64,000 nucleotides of DNA from Psilocybe cubensis (taxonomy: Eukaryota): positions 682,001 through 746,000 of the forward strand of contig CM039002.1 of the NCBI GenBank assembly GCA_017499595.2. Direction: 5' to 3'. The notes beneath the pieces were generated by a model that saw only the letters and a list, made by a program, of their open reading frames with translations, made no database searches and was not told the DNA's origin. The position numbers and the translations under genes were made by a program. Numbering within the stretch: position 1 is the stretch's first letter; each line of letters starts with the position of its first letter. Shown in pieces: positions 24,801 to 38,389 of the stretch.

Positions 24801-27800
24801 TTTAATTTTTGTCTCTTTTTTTCTTTGATTTTGACGCCTGGGGTATCCTGAATTTGCAATTTTGCGACTTAGAGGAGAGGAGGTCGAGTTTAATTGTGGT
24901 TCTTTCGGTGAAGAAGAAAAACCTCTTTGCCTTGTCCTCTTTGTGTTTCTTGTAAACAGGAGCATTCCATGTTTCTGTTTACAATGCGTTTATATTTTTT
25001 GGATTTTTTTTTTTGCTTTCGTCTCTCTATTCCACCTCGTTTGTGGAATGAGAGTTTGGGGTTTAATCCAAGTTCACATTTATTCTACTGTCGAAGTCAA
25101 AAGCCAATTTTTTTTTTATTCTTTATACTTTGGCGTTCTTTTCTTTGTCTGTCATCTCGATTTTTGTTCCCAATTTTCGTTGGTTGCCGAGATAGATGGT
25201 GGTATTGAAGGCCATGACAATACCCCAAGGGTGCTATGGATGGAGCGAGGTGTTCAGCGGTTGGAAAAGGGGAACAAAACAAGAAATAGTTTCATTTTTT
25301 TTTTTGGTTGTTTCTTGCTTCTGCTCAGAGTTTCGTTACTCAGCATTTGAGTTTTTTTTTGGACATTTTTGCCGTTTCTCTTTTTCAGTTTGGTTTGTGC
25401 TTTGCAAGCCCTTTCAGATGGTTCTGGCGCAAAAGTTGGAAAAGAAAGAAATGGGTGGTGGGATAGGCAGGCGCCTTATGTGTGGATTTGGAGAAGAAAA
25501 AAATTGCGCTTAGGATGTGACTCGTATATGCTTTCTTTTGATAAATGAGCGACGACTTCCCTGATTTGCACTTTTTGTCGTTTCATTTCCATTTGTCTTT
25601 TATTTGTTGGAATATGAAATTTCCCCGGACAAGGTTTTGATATATTGGATCTGCGCCTTTCCTCTTTTCCCCCTTTTTTGCGGGGTAGTTTTGATTTTTC
25701 AACTTTTTTAAATTTATTTCATCGAATGATTGGCCTCGTCGCCGCGTCCAACTTTCACTTTTTTCTGTTCTCCAAATGTGTTTCTTGATGCACACACACT
25801 AACTTGTTCTCTTCACACAGCCGATTTATGCTACATTGTCTGACATTGTCATCTACTCTCCGCACGGTGCAACGCCTGCGGCTCTGGCCCTCGCGCGCCG
25901 CTTCAGAGCTGCGATCAAGGCAAAACGCGCGGAGCGCCTGCGTGCTGCCGGTCTGGACGATGAGTCCATCAGGGGCGCGGAGAGGGCGCTGAAGGCCAGG
26001 GAGGCGGTGCAGAACAAGTTGGATATGATGGAGCGGGAGGGGTCGGGGGACAGTGGGAGCTCCGGCAGCAATTTTGGGCCGGTGTACGAGGATGACAATA
26101 CGGCTCAGCAACAGCAACATCAGATGCCCGAGTTGCAGACGGAGAAGGACTCTGCTATGCATCCGCACATTGCAGCGCTGCACAGACGACGCGCGGAGTT
26201 TTTGGAGTACAATGTGTTTGTGCTCGACGCGGACGAAGATGAGATGCGCCGTGCGATGCCGCATATGATGATGCGCGTCTGTGGTGCGGGTGTGCCTGGG
26301 GGTTTGGGTTTGGGTGTTAGTGTCGAAGCCAGTGCAGTCGGCTCTGCCGCCACTGCTACCGCCACCGCAACAGCTACCGTATTCGGCGCGGACACGGCAC
26401 TGATGGATGGTGGTGCTCATACGGATAGGTCGGATGGGCATGTTATTGAGTTAAAGAGAGAGGAGGAGCTGGCGGCCGCGGAAGCGAGGCGGGTAAGAAT
26501 GGAGGCGGAGGCAGAGGGGATGGGAATGGTGGTGGATACGGTGGAGGCGGGTGTAGATGTTGATGCTATGGATGTGGACGAGGTCGTGGATATTGTCGCG
26601 GCCGCTGCGTCGCGTGTTGCTGCTGAGCAGGCGCAGGCTGAGAAGACAGAGGAAAAGGACACAAAGAAAGAGGAGGAAGAGGAAGACATCCTGCCCAATA
26701 CAGTCGACTTTGCTCTGCGCGAGCGGGAGGAGATGCGCGATTTGACTAAGGCATCTGAGATTATCAGTCTCCCGCCCATTACGTCTGCATCCTCGCGAGG
26801 ACAAACAAAAACGCCTGTTGAGTACAGCGACCTTGGGCCCTCACCTGTATGGGATCCTCGCGTTGGCCAGGTATATCTGGGCAACTCGGGTGATGTGCCG
26901 TTGACGCCTGACGTACCGACACAATTCAGGCATGCAGCAAGTGTCGCACGCGCGGCAGCGGCGGCAACGACAACGACCGATGCAAATGCTGAAGAGAACG
27001 CTAAGTGGAATTGGAAGACGCTCACGCGGCATCTGCGTGGGGTCGATGGGCTCATGAAGGAGTATAATGGCGAACTTGGTCTAGAATACCAACATGGGTT
27101 CGAGGAGGAGGATGCGGAGGGCACGCTCCCCGCGGATGACCCGTTCAACTACGCCGCGACGAACGACCCAGCACACGGGTTTGGGTATGACATCTGTGTC
27201 GAGTGCCATGATCTTGCGCCATTCCCTTCCGCGGCGCACCTGCGCGCGGCGGAGGAGCATCTTGGGATGCTAGATGTCATGTGGCGGGAGCGATGGGAAC
27301 GAGCATGGACAGCGCGTCTCGTGCGTCTCTGTGCAGGGAAGAGCGCGGAGGAGCAGGCAAGAATTAGAAATATGCATGCCCCACCGACGCCGCCGCGCCC
27401 CCCTCCCCATGCGAACGCGGTAATCCACCTACCGTTCCCCAGCTCGCCCCCGAACTCGCAGGGGACGATGGTTGCACTTATGCCTGTGGTGAGGTTTTTG
27501 GAGAAGTGGATCCAACCTGTGCCTGTGCCTGTTATTGTCCCACCACCTCCACCTCCTCCTGTGGCCCCTGTGCAGGAGTCCCAGAAGGGAGAGAGTCCAC
27601 CGGCAACTACTGGTGGAGCGGGCTCGAGGCGCTGGTCGTCTGTTACGGCGCTCATGCCGTCGTTCCCTGTTTTCCCCGGCAGTGGCAGCAGTAACAACAA
27701 TACAACCAAGGCGGCCCCTACACCTCCTCCTTCTTCTCCGCTGCCCCCCGCCCCCGCGCGAATGAGGTCCATGACCTCTCCGTCGTCTTCCATGTCGCAC

Positions 27801-29454
27801 CACCCACCGACGCCTGTGCAAGCGCGCTCAAGGCCGCTCAAAATTTTGTTGTATTCTTCTGATGGGTACACCGAATCGTCCGTCCCAGCTTTGTGCCTGT
27901 TGATGGCGATCAAGTCGTTAATGCTGCCCGAGGCTTACCTCGAGCTGCAGGTGGAGAAGCGGCGTAGCTTTTTTGTGTACCAGACTGACCTGGGCCTGTT
28001 GCGTCGCGTGGAGAACCGGCTGCGTGAGGAACGGGAGCGAGAAAAAGAGAAGGAGAGAGAAAGGGAGAGGGAGCGTGAAAGATTGGCGACTGGTGTGTAT
28101 CTATCATCTTCGTCTTCGTCGACTGGGGGTGGGAGCATCAATGCAAATGGAAAGAGGACTGCAGGAGGTCCAGTGGTTGTGCCTGCACGAGGAGGATATT
28201 GGTCTGGTTCGTCATCCAGTGCTGGCAATGCAAACTCGAATCAAAATCCGGGTACGACTTCAAACCCAACCCCGTCTGCGTTTACGGGGCGGCCTGCCGC
28301 CAAGTCGGTGTCGTTTGCTCATGCACCTGGGTATATGCAGCAGCAGTCATCATCACATCAGGTTGCTACCAGCTCCATTTCTGGGGCCTCGTCCGCGTCG
28401 TCTCCTTCAATGGCGCAGCTTGTCCCACATGCGAGGGTGGTATCGTCGCAGCAGAGCACATCGGCCTCTCAGTTCTCGCAGAAGCCACAGTTTGAGTTTG
28501 GGAGTTTGCCAGCTACGCCTCCTGCAGGGATGACTACTACGCAGCAGCCGCAGCCGCAACCTCCTATGATGGGCGTCGTGAAAGGACGACCGAGGGCGAG
28601 CACGAGTCCGTGGCTGCCGAGTTTGTTCGGAGGCGATCACCAGTCGTGGTTCAACGATCCACGGTTCGATGGCAGTTTCCCCAGTAGGGTGCTGCCGTTT
28701 TTGTATCTTGGAAATCTGTACGTCAGAGTCTTATTATGTTTAGTTTCCTTGAACTCAAGGTTATGTTTTAGGAATCACGCGTCGAATGTGTATATGCTTC
28801 ATGCGTTGGGTATCACGCATGTTGTTTCTGTGGGCGAATGCGCTCTAGTTCCGCCTCCGCATCATATGAGCATGCACGGCGGGGCAGGGGATGCTTGTGC
28901 TCGGCCAGGTCCTGGAGCGCATTTCGTCCCAGGCAAGGGCCCCGGCGGGCACGGCTCGTTGTGGATCGAAGAACGCGAAGGGCGCATCAAGGTGCTGGAC
29001 ATCAAGGGCGTGTGTGATGATGGAATTGATACTCTCGAGCCCCAGCTCGAGCCTATATGTGATTGGATCGACAAGGCGAGGCAGGAAGGTGGGCAGGTCC
29101 TTGTGCATTGCAGAGTAGGCGTGTCGCGAAGCGCGACTGTCACGGTGCGTATGATTCCTCTATGACTCTCTTTCTTTTTTACTGATTTTATACGGTGCAT
29201 AGATTGCATATGTGATGAAACACCTCAACCTACCGCTCGTGGATGCGTATCTGATTGTTCGCTCGCGACGACTTTCAGTACTCATTCAGCCAAATATGCG
29301 GCTACTTTATAACCTGTGCGGATGGGAGATTAAACTGGCGAAAGAGCGCGCCGGTGGTGATGAACGAAAGCTTAAAAAAGAACTGGCTAGGACGTTGACC
29401 TGGCCATATCTGTCCAAGGAGGTTCACGCTCTGAACGAGAAGTATCTTCATTGA
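21811..29454 (+). CDS. PPS1: Pps1-like dual-specificity protein phosphatase with extensive low-complexity insertions
   Basis: N-terminal LFPFLHGLE; GISLRNFGIQV|PIYATLSDIVIYSP across intron 24244-25820; DGYTESS; FDGSFPSRVLPFLYLGNL; DDGIDTL; active-site VHCRVGVSRSAT; LIVRSRRLSVLIQPN. Confidence 0.88.
24244..25820 (+). other. Unusually long (1577 nt) T-rich intron in the phosphatase gene
   Basis: GTGAGT donor after GIQV; ACTAAC branch site and TTCACACAG acceptor; the conserved reading frame is restored across it. Confidence 0.85.
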
Positions 29455-31616
29455 ACGATCATCGGTTGCCAATATTCTTTTCCGGCGCTGTATGACGACA
29501 TCACTACCATTCTCTCGCTCGTTATCATTCTATTCCCACTCCTACTTTCGACATCTTGACGACAGAAAAAAACCACCGTTCCAGAAATTCAAGATTGGTC
29601 CCCTGAACCTTCTCTCTTACGAAAGGCGAAACGAGGGTTCATTTCCTTTCGAGAAATCAACGTTCACCGGTTACGCGCTGTCAAATCTGCAACTTTGTTT
29701 TTCATTTTTGATTTCTTACAACGAAAGCATCAACCAAGCACAACGTAACGCAAATATTCCCGATTGCAATTTTTTCTTTGTAACAATACTGTCCGCACAT
29801 GTTTGTCATTTTATCTTTTCTTCCTCTCTATTATTGTTTGTACTCGTGGCTCGATCTTTTCGTTCTTGTGTCATTTTGTCTTCTTTCCTGTCTATCTGTC
29901 TGTCTGTTGTAACTGCCTTCTATCGTCGATTCTCTGCCTGTGCCTATAATTGCTACAGAAAAACTCTCATCACTCCGTGTTGTACATCTTGTATATCTGT
30001 TCCGTCGTTTTATATTTCCCTTTTTTTGGTGTCATTTTCTGTTCCAGTCCTGAGTAACATTTCTCTTACTTCCCAGTAGCCTTGCACCTTGCATAAATAC
30101 AATCATGTTCGATGGTTATTTGCTCGTGCAATATTTTTGTCTTTGATCTTCTGAACAAGTTTCCAAACTCATTCCTAATCATTGTGGGACCCGCAGCTGA
30201 CCTGTCTCTCAGGTCCTCAAATCGCGCGGACTGCAAAATTGTGCGAACTATTATGATTACATCCGAATGGCCACTTGCAGAACCAACGTGCGGGCAACTG
30301 CGCACCTCCCTCTTTGCCGCCGGTGGATTTCACAAATGTGCTTCGATAGAAGCTCTCCTGTGCTTTTCTCTCCTTCTTGGTCCAACATGAAATGAAACAA
30401 TGCGGTTCATTCCCGCGCATGTTGTTTACTATATTTTGGATCCAGCAGGTGTAGAAGATTGTAGAAGATTCGGAGGTTTGTTGAGAACTTGATAATACGA
30501 CAGCAACATATGGTTTTGCCCTCCCAAAAGTGCCTCGCGGAATCTACGTCACTATTTTCCGACTTCTTTTTTTTCTGAAATGGAAAAAAGTCCAGCAGTG
30601 GACTCACGCAAGGTGAGTGTTTAAATATACGTTGGTACCTACAGTCTCGAGCGAGACGCTGGTTCCTCCGTGTGTAAATGAACGACGTTATCAAGTAAGT
30701 TTAGTAAGTTATCGCAAAGTCGGGCTGTCCGGATCTGGGTTAGTATACAATGGGTTGTATTAGGTTACAATGGATCGGCAAAATCCTCTGTTCTGGGCGC
30801 TTGTTTCCTTACTATGTCCACGAGCTATATACTGCCTGTCTGAGGTATCAATTAGTATGTCAAGATATACTAAAAGGCTTGTGGGCTAGCCGTTTTTTCC
30901 ACGACCTTCCCCCTGCCACCGCCTTATCTCAAAAGCAGAGATCTGAGAATATTGACAGGAATAATCATGGGTCTGAAAGCCTTGAGGGAAAGAGGAGCGA
31001 CAAAGGAGCGAGTAAGTCCGAGCGTCCTCAATCAAGGCATGAATATTTCCCCGTAGCGAGGTCAGCATTGCCTCCGATCGTCAACAATCACGATAATCAT
31101 AACTGAGATATTAATGTGTTAGTAGGGAAATGAAAAAAAGAAACGGACTTCAAAGGGACAGGGCAAGAAACGGCGAAGCCGTTCAAATCTTGCCCCTGGG
31201 AATCCATGCTGTCTATCTATATGCATCTTGCTGCACGTCACTTTCGATCGGTCGATCGCGTTTAGAGGAGGGAGTGAGGCTTTGAATGAATGAATTCATC
31301 GAGACCTTCGATGTTTAGTGTGGCACAACTGATGTGCAAAAAGGGGATGAGGATGTCTGATGGAACGTTGTTCGAAGCCAGTTGCGCCACGGACGCTATA
31401 GTCCTTAACTCCTTTACATAGCCGTGGAGGCGTGTGCCATTCACCACTCTCAGTCCTTTATTAAACTTGCTATTTAGGACTAAAAAGTCGCCCAAAAAGC
31501 TTTATCTTGAAGTTATAGCCACTGGTAGTTTAGGTTATTCGGCTTATATATCAGGACTCTGACCTGTATAACCCTGGTCCTTACAAATCAAACATTCTCA
31601 GAGCTTGAGGCTGGAA

Positions 31617-33813
31617 TTAGTCCTCTAATTTGAATACTGGCAATATCGACTTCAGACATGGAAGCAAAGAAGAAAGGAAAAATGGACTCGCCACAGGCAC
31701 CGTTTCCAGGCTTGGTGGCGAAGATAGCTTCCTTCAAAGCATCAATATCTAGATATCTATACGGACGATATGTGTTCTTGATTTTATTAATAAACCGATT
31801 CACGCCAAATTCTGGCACAAGAGAAACTGTGCATCCGCCCCATCCTGCGCCTAGCCGCAATGGAAACAAAGGTGATTAGAACAAGGTCACTAAAGATATA
31901 AAGGTAAAAGAGATACCGGTGAGTCTGCTACCGTATGCTCCTGCCTCCCTGGCCAAGCGAGTTAGCTCGTCTAGTTCGGGACACGAGCATTCAAACGATT
32001 TCGAGCAGCTTTCTTGAGAATCGTTCATGAGCCGACCAAGGCTTTCAATATAGAAATTATCGTCGGGATCAGAAGACACCGCAGACTCCAAGCAGGTGCG
32101 CCTGAACTGCAGGACCCTTCGGGCCTCGGAGAAAACGTGCTTAGCACGCTTGTACAATTGGAAATGCGTCGCTTCGACTGCAAACAACCAAATACAAAAG
32201 GCACAAGGTTAATGTGGTTAAATGGGGATCATCGTGTGTCCGAAGACGAAGCTGCAAGACGGACTTACTGTCAACCCAAGACAGATACAGCTCTTCAAAA
32301 GCACCTTTGGAGAGCCCACTCATTTTGATCATCTCATCCATCGTTACTCCAAGCTGTCCATTGACGATTTTATTCGGTTTCAAGACCTCCAGCTTATATT
32401 CCATCTCCACCAGCGCATTTTCCAGATTATCAGGTCCTATATCCTCATTGTCCCTTTCACCTATGAATTTCCCAGCGACTTCCCGGAATGTTATCCGTTC
32501 GTTGGCATCGACTTTAACGCCTAGAGATTTAGCAAGTATTCGTGCTCCTACTAAAGTCTCCACGACACGGAGGTTATATCCCCGCTTTGCGCTCAGAGCT
32601 TTATCAGCCACCACCAGAGAGTTGGCGATGACAAACACCGCTCGGCCGGGAAGCGGGACGGTTTCAGCATGCAAAGACGGGTGAAAGGTGATATACAAAG
32701 CTGAGGATGGATCGCACATCACTGACGCCGCTTGATCCATGCTTTAAAACGGATGTCAGGTATAATGTTATCAGAATCTAAGGAGTTTATGTTTAGCCTA
32801 CCCTCCACTGTTAACACCTGCTCAGATAGTTGATATTTTATATTCAATACAATTTAAATGAGCACTTACCGACTCTCTTCTCGTTTTCCATTGCCATACG
32901 CACAAGGTCTCCTTTACTGAGAATGTTCGCAGAGGAATCCAGCTATTGAAAGAGTAGATGAAATGTAAGAACAACGACAGACTCTATCTATTGCAAAAAA
33001 TCCATGTACCTTTCCATTCACAACCAGAAATGCCAATGTACTCGCAACAACCATGGCAGCACTCGACGAAAGACCAGACCCGGCTGGTACAGTCCCACTT
33101 ACCAAAAGATCAACGGGAACTGGCTCTTCCCGTTTCTCTCCAGCAAAATGTTGATTCAACACACCCTGCTCAAAGATAAGAACAGGGCATAGATATTCAT
33201 TCCTCGAGATGCTCACATAATATCCAGCCTTCACATAACTTTCCCATCGAAGCTCTCTGGTGTTGATGTCAAGGTGCCAGAATTCCGCGGCACCAGATTG
33301 CCTGTTGGCCTCTGTGGGTTCTTTGACAGCAGGAGCGAAAACCTGGCGAGTATATTTATCGTCTAGATTTTCTGCGACGACGCTTCCCGGAGTATGCTCA
33401 ATTGCCTGCTTTCTTTGCCCTCGCAAAACAGGTCGGGGAGCACAGGCGATCAAGATATCTGGCTCCACAGCGGCTGGGAGGACACCAAACAATGCGTAAT
33501 CGACATGTTCGCCTTGATCCGAGGGCGTCTAATGAGCATCCATCTGTCTCCAACTTGAAATATATGCGTACCGATCAAGCTGGATTGATATCGTTTTGAT
33601 CCAGTCAGTACCAGTAATCTAATAGTATGTCAGAGAGAATACGTACTTCACACGTCCTGGAGCTCTCGCGATGTACGTTGGCCTCCTTCCGAACCGTCTC
33701 TCGAACTCTTCAGCTAAGTTGTTCCACCTTGTCGCATGCCGAAAGGATACCTCTACGGCGCCAAAGACATCAACCAAAGACGTGTAAATCGGTATGGGTT
33801 GTTCAGCAATCAT
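31617..33813 (-). CDS. GAL1: Galactokinase (GHMP kinase), multi-exon
   Basis: RAPGRVNLIGEHVDY (via an 8-nt microexon), [50 protein letters not shown]. Confidence 0.95.
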
Positions 33814-36102
33814 GATAGGGGGATAGGGGGATCTCTGGGAGAAAAGGAGAGTCGAGAACTAGATGAGCAGATGGGAGAAGGTGACGGTAATGGACCGCGA
33901 ATTTTCCGTAAAGACTTGCTACTCATGTGACTGGTGGGTGTTTTCGCCATCTCAGACACCGTCAGCTGAGCGGACATTTGGTAGTGTTCTTATCTCTCTT
34001 TTGTGATCATGATCTACGGAAGGTATTGTCATACCTTGAGGCTGCAAAGACTCAAAAACGCTACCCTCAAACCCCATATTTTCCTTCAACTATCAAAATT
34101 TCTTGGACGTTCGCGAGTTCAGGCTTGATTAATATTTTTTTCTCGGGCAGGGTTCGATGCGAAAACCGTCACAGTGATTGGAATGTTATGTACGTAGAAC
34201 TCATCAATGCGGCCCGACTCGGAATCCGGGTGTTTTCGTCATTGATGCTATATTTTTGTTCTTCTGTAACAGCTGAGCTGTTGGATATGGCCGTCAAACA
34301 ACCGTTCGAATGAAAAGTATTGCGATGGGTGCGGTAGTGGAACAACTCTGGAACGAGCTCTAGTCTTGAGAGCGTATTTGGCGCTTGCTTGGCCATATTT
34401 GGTTTTGATCAAAGTGACAAGCAAACTGCCATGTTTGGGTCTCCATTTAGGCGCTCTCGGGGCATTGCCCCTATAGCCGTCATGTCCGATACCGCCACTT
34501 TACCAAACCCTCTAACAGTAAGTAACTTGCCACTAGTTATGAAAGGTAAATTTGTTATTTACAATATTCATTCTGAACATTTTATCCCACCGCCTATTTC
34601 TTACCACCTGTTGCCACCTAATTAAACTTGAATAATATGTCACTCGCACTGTGCTAATGACTCGGTAAGGTTGAGTATTTGAAGACTTGGGATCGCCTCC
34701 TGATCTAGAATGTCTTGATTGGAGACATTTTCCGCTCTCATTAAATATATTATATTATCATACTTCTCGTATGCCACTCTTCAAAAGTCTGACGGCTCCG
34801 AATATTCATCAAATCCGAAGGCACTTTCCCTTCATTGTTCGCTACTGGGTTCAGTGGAAGACATTTCATTTTATTTGGGAAGATGGATTATGTGATCCCA
34901 CTACATTGGTGAGGGACTAAGGTAAAGTTATAAATGGTTTTCTACATTATGATCTTGTGTTAAAAAAGTTGAGACGTCGCGATTAAGATTAAGAATCATC
35001 TTCGAAAGTTTTGATTAATATTAATAACTGACAAGCAGCATGTTACTAGTACCTGATGGGACTTGCAATCACAGGGGATAATATCTATCCGGATAGCAGA
35101 AGACCCTTGGGGTAGCGTCAGTATCAATCTTTGCCAGGGTATATAGCAGATAGCTAGAAGGTTCAAGGAATTTGTGCTCTTCGCACGTAAAATGGATCAA
35201 TGTGTTCCTAAAATAGTCTTCTTTCATAGGTAGCAGATATGGTGAAAAATGTAGAATCCAGTGCCTGGTTATATCGTCATGATGGATGGTTTACGGGGGC
35301 CCACAATATTCATTGTTCAAGGTCAGCCAACCATTACTCAGCCCACTGACAGCGACAATAGCCCTGCAGGTTAGTTCAGTGTTGGCTTCCAGGCACCCCA
35401 CCTGATGAAGTGACTCACTCCAAATAATATGGGGTCTCTTGACAATGATTTGAGCATCTTAGTCTGTGGCGCACGACGAGAAGCTCATCTGACATGAAAA
35501 TTTCTGATGTTTTTTTCTGGAATGAGATGATTAAATTTAACGCCTTTACAGGCAACCTCACGGTAGATTCGTTATATTACTAATAGCCATTGTCAGTCAA
35601 TTGGATCCGGTCGGCAATTAAAGGCAAAATACTGCCCGTTTGTAACGGCTCATTGCTTGATTTCAAGTAAAATATAGGAGGATTAAATCAGATCAAAGAT
35701 AGGGAACCCTATATTCATCGAACCTTATATCAAACCGCTCATTCGACACTCCTGAGGAAGAGTCACCATCCATTCAGATGGCCTATGTATTTTTTGACTT
35801 GACTAGTCACTCGGTCGTGGTTAAGCTGTTCGTCGAACATTCAACTATGCACGAGGTGACTTGTTATAACTGTGTAATGACATCATGACCGGCAATTAAT
35901 GTTAATGAGTAAGCGGTTCATTGACAAATATTGATGCCTTCTTCCCTTATCACTTGGCCAACTTTTCTTTGTGACTCACATCTCTAGTATCTACAACTTC
36001 GGCTGAATTCTGGCTTTGCTTTTAAAAGACGACATCCTACTCCTTTGGCACATCATTCACTGAACTATCTTTACCCTCTTTTTTGACAACACAGGATTTA
36101 CA

Positions 36103-38389
36103 ATGGCTGCAGTACGCATTTTTACATGCATCAGTCGTTCCACAATTTTGTTCTGATCGTTTTTGATTTTTGAACCGCGTCAACAGACATCTGATACCAA
36201 TGGTACCTCGATCCACCATGACGCGGTTGGTCGAACCCATATCACGTATACGATCATGCTCCAGGCCTTCCTAACTAAACATATTTTCCCTAGATCAAAC
36301 GCCTCCCCGATGCATTCTACGATGACTTCCTTTCCGACCTTGCCAAAGAAAGGAAGCCGAGCGCAAGTGGGTCCACTATAATCTATCCCCGTATATTGAC
36401 TTGAGCTCACTCATTGTATCTCATTTCACCGCACGCGTGCATCTGCCTTTCTTTTGACATTCCAGTCCGTAGTTTGTTCCCACTGGAGAAAACCCCCGGT
36501 TTGATCTCCCTTTTGGCGGGCAAGCCGAATGCTTCGACATTTCCGTTCACCTCCCTGACTTTCAATGCGCGTTCGCCCATCAACCCTGAAGAAGAAACGA
36601 CGCTCACCGTCTCGGGAGATGATCTCGCACAAGGGTTGCAATACGGCGACACTGCCGGCTTGAAAGCCCTTCTCGATTGGCTTCATGGTCTCCAGGAACG
36701 CAACCACGGACGCAAATCTGGAGAAGGCTGGAGAATATCAATCGGTTCGGGGTCTCAGGATTTGATTTACAAAGTCTGTTGCGTTTTCTTCTTTCCATCA
36801 TATCTGAAAATTTAGGTTCTCTCATTAACAAATCGGCTGTTTGTTATGTATGATTGTTGACAGGCTGTCGCTGCGATGGTCAACCCTGGTGATTCTGTTC
36901 TGGTCGAATCTCCTGTCTATGCGTAAGCCTGTGCTTCTATGGAGCTTTGTTCGCTCTATCTTTCTGCGCCGAGCTAATCCTTGTTCGTTTTACAGCGGTG
37001 TTATTCCGATGTTCCACAGTTTGCACTGTAATCAGATCGGTGGGTCAAAGAATATCTCACAACAATGTTCTTTATCTTAAAAAGACCGTGTCCGAACTTT
37101 ACAGAAGTAAACACAGACTCCCAAGGGATACAGTCAGCTTCCCTGAGAACAATTCTAGAACAATGGCCTGAGGGAACACCCAAGCCTAAAGTTCTATATA
37201 CGGTGCCGGTACATGTCAAATTTACTGGCATCTTTATCTATAATTGTTTATTTGCTCATTGCTTTGCTTGTGAGTAGTATGGGTGTAACCCAACAGGGAT
37301 GACAGCAACTCTGGAGAGACGCAAAGAAGTTCTCAAGTTAGCCCGAGAGCACAATTTTATTATCCTGGAAGGTGAGCCAGAGTTAAAGTCTCTACCTTTG
37401 CTCCTAGTTCTCCTACTAACCGTGTCTACTCAATTCACATACTCAATGACGTGTAATAGACGATCCCTACTTTTACCTCTACTACGGCAAGGCGCCGAGA
37501 TACCCATCGTACTTTGCGTTGGAGCTTGAAGAGCCAGAGGTCGGCCGTGTACTCCGGTTCGACAGCCTGTCGAAGATTCTGTCTGCCGGCATACGCATCG
37601 GCTTCGCGTCAGGTCCGGAAGCCCTCCTCAAGGCAATAGACCAACATGTGCGTTCCTTCTCCCCTCCAAAACCTATTGCCGAAAGGTCTTTCTCATGAAT
37701 ATATGCTAACGAAAGTCTCTTCATTTTCTGTGCTCCTGGCCGTGGTCCCTCGCTTAAAATTGTATTGGATCATGTTATATTGTCGGCTGCCGTCCCTTCT
37801 GTCTGTATTTATTGCTGGTGATGATGTCTACATCAACCCAGACGGCGACGTCCAACTTGCAGACTTCTTCTCTCACACAAGCGATCGTGTTTAAATTGCT
37901 TGATTCATGGGGATACGAAGGCTTCCGTATCCATACTGAGCGTGTTTCCGCGTTCTACGCTGCGAAGAGGGATGTGTTTGAGCGCGCAATGAACAAATAC
38001 CTTACTGGCCTCGCGGAATGGAGTACCCCTGAAGCAGGCATGTTCTTCTGGTGATTGAAACCCTCTTCTCTTCTTCCTCGATAGATCACATTCACACTTA
38101 ACTTTCTTCCCTTCATCTCCATATACACAGGTTCAAACTGCGTCTGAACGACACTCCCGACGCAGACGCGCATGCGGACTCGGGCGATTCCGCAGCCGTG
38201 ATCAGAACCAAAGCCGTCGAAAAGGGCGTGCTCGCGCTGCCAGGCACCGTCTTCCTTCCCAACGGGCGCGCGACACCGTACGTCCGCGCGTCGTTCAGCT
38301 TAATCGGGGAGGAGGACGTGGATAAGGCCATACAACGATTGCGGGACGCGATTCTCGACGCGCGCGTTGCTTCTGGTTCGACTGCGTGA
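36103..38389 (+). CDS. PLP-dependent class I aminotransferase (Aro8 / 2-aminoadipate-aromatic aminotransferase-like)
   Basis: LISLLAGKPN, ALQYG-like GLQYGDTAG, GSGSQDLIYK, YTVPYGCNPTG, ILEDDPYFYL, PLP-lysine motif FDSLSKILSAGIRIG, PEAGMFFW, YVRASFS. Confidence 0.92.

Noticed and set aside
24244-25520. Phe-rich 'membrane protein' ORFs, including the C-terminal part of ORF 21811-24726
   Set aside because: They are translations of the T-rich intron; the conserved phosphatase frame resumes at 25821.
29492-31495. ORFs between the phosphatase and GAL1 (29492-30079, 30750-31106, 31262-31495)
   Set aside because: 3'UTR-like or pyrimidine-rich composition with no recognisable domain; no coherent gene model could be built.
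31617-33813. GAL gene cluster
   Set aside because: Only galactokinase is present; no GAL7 or GAL10 homologue was found nearby.
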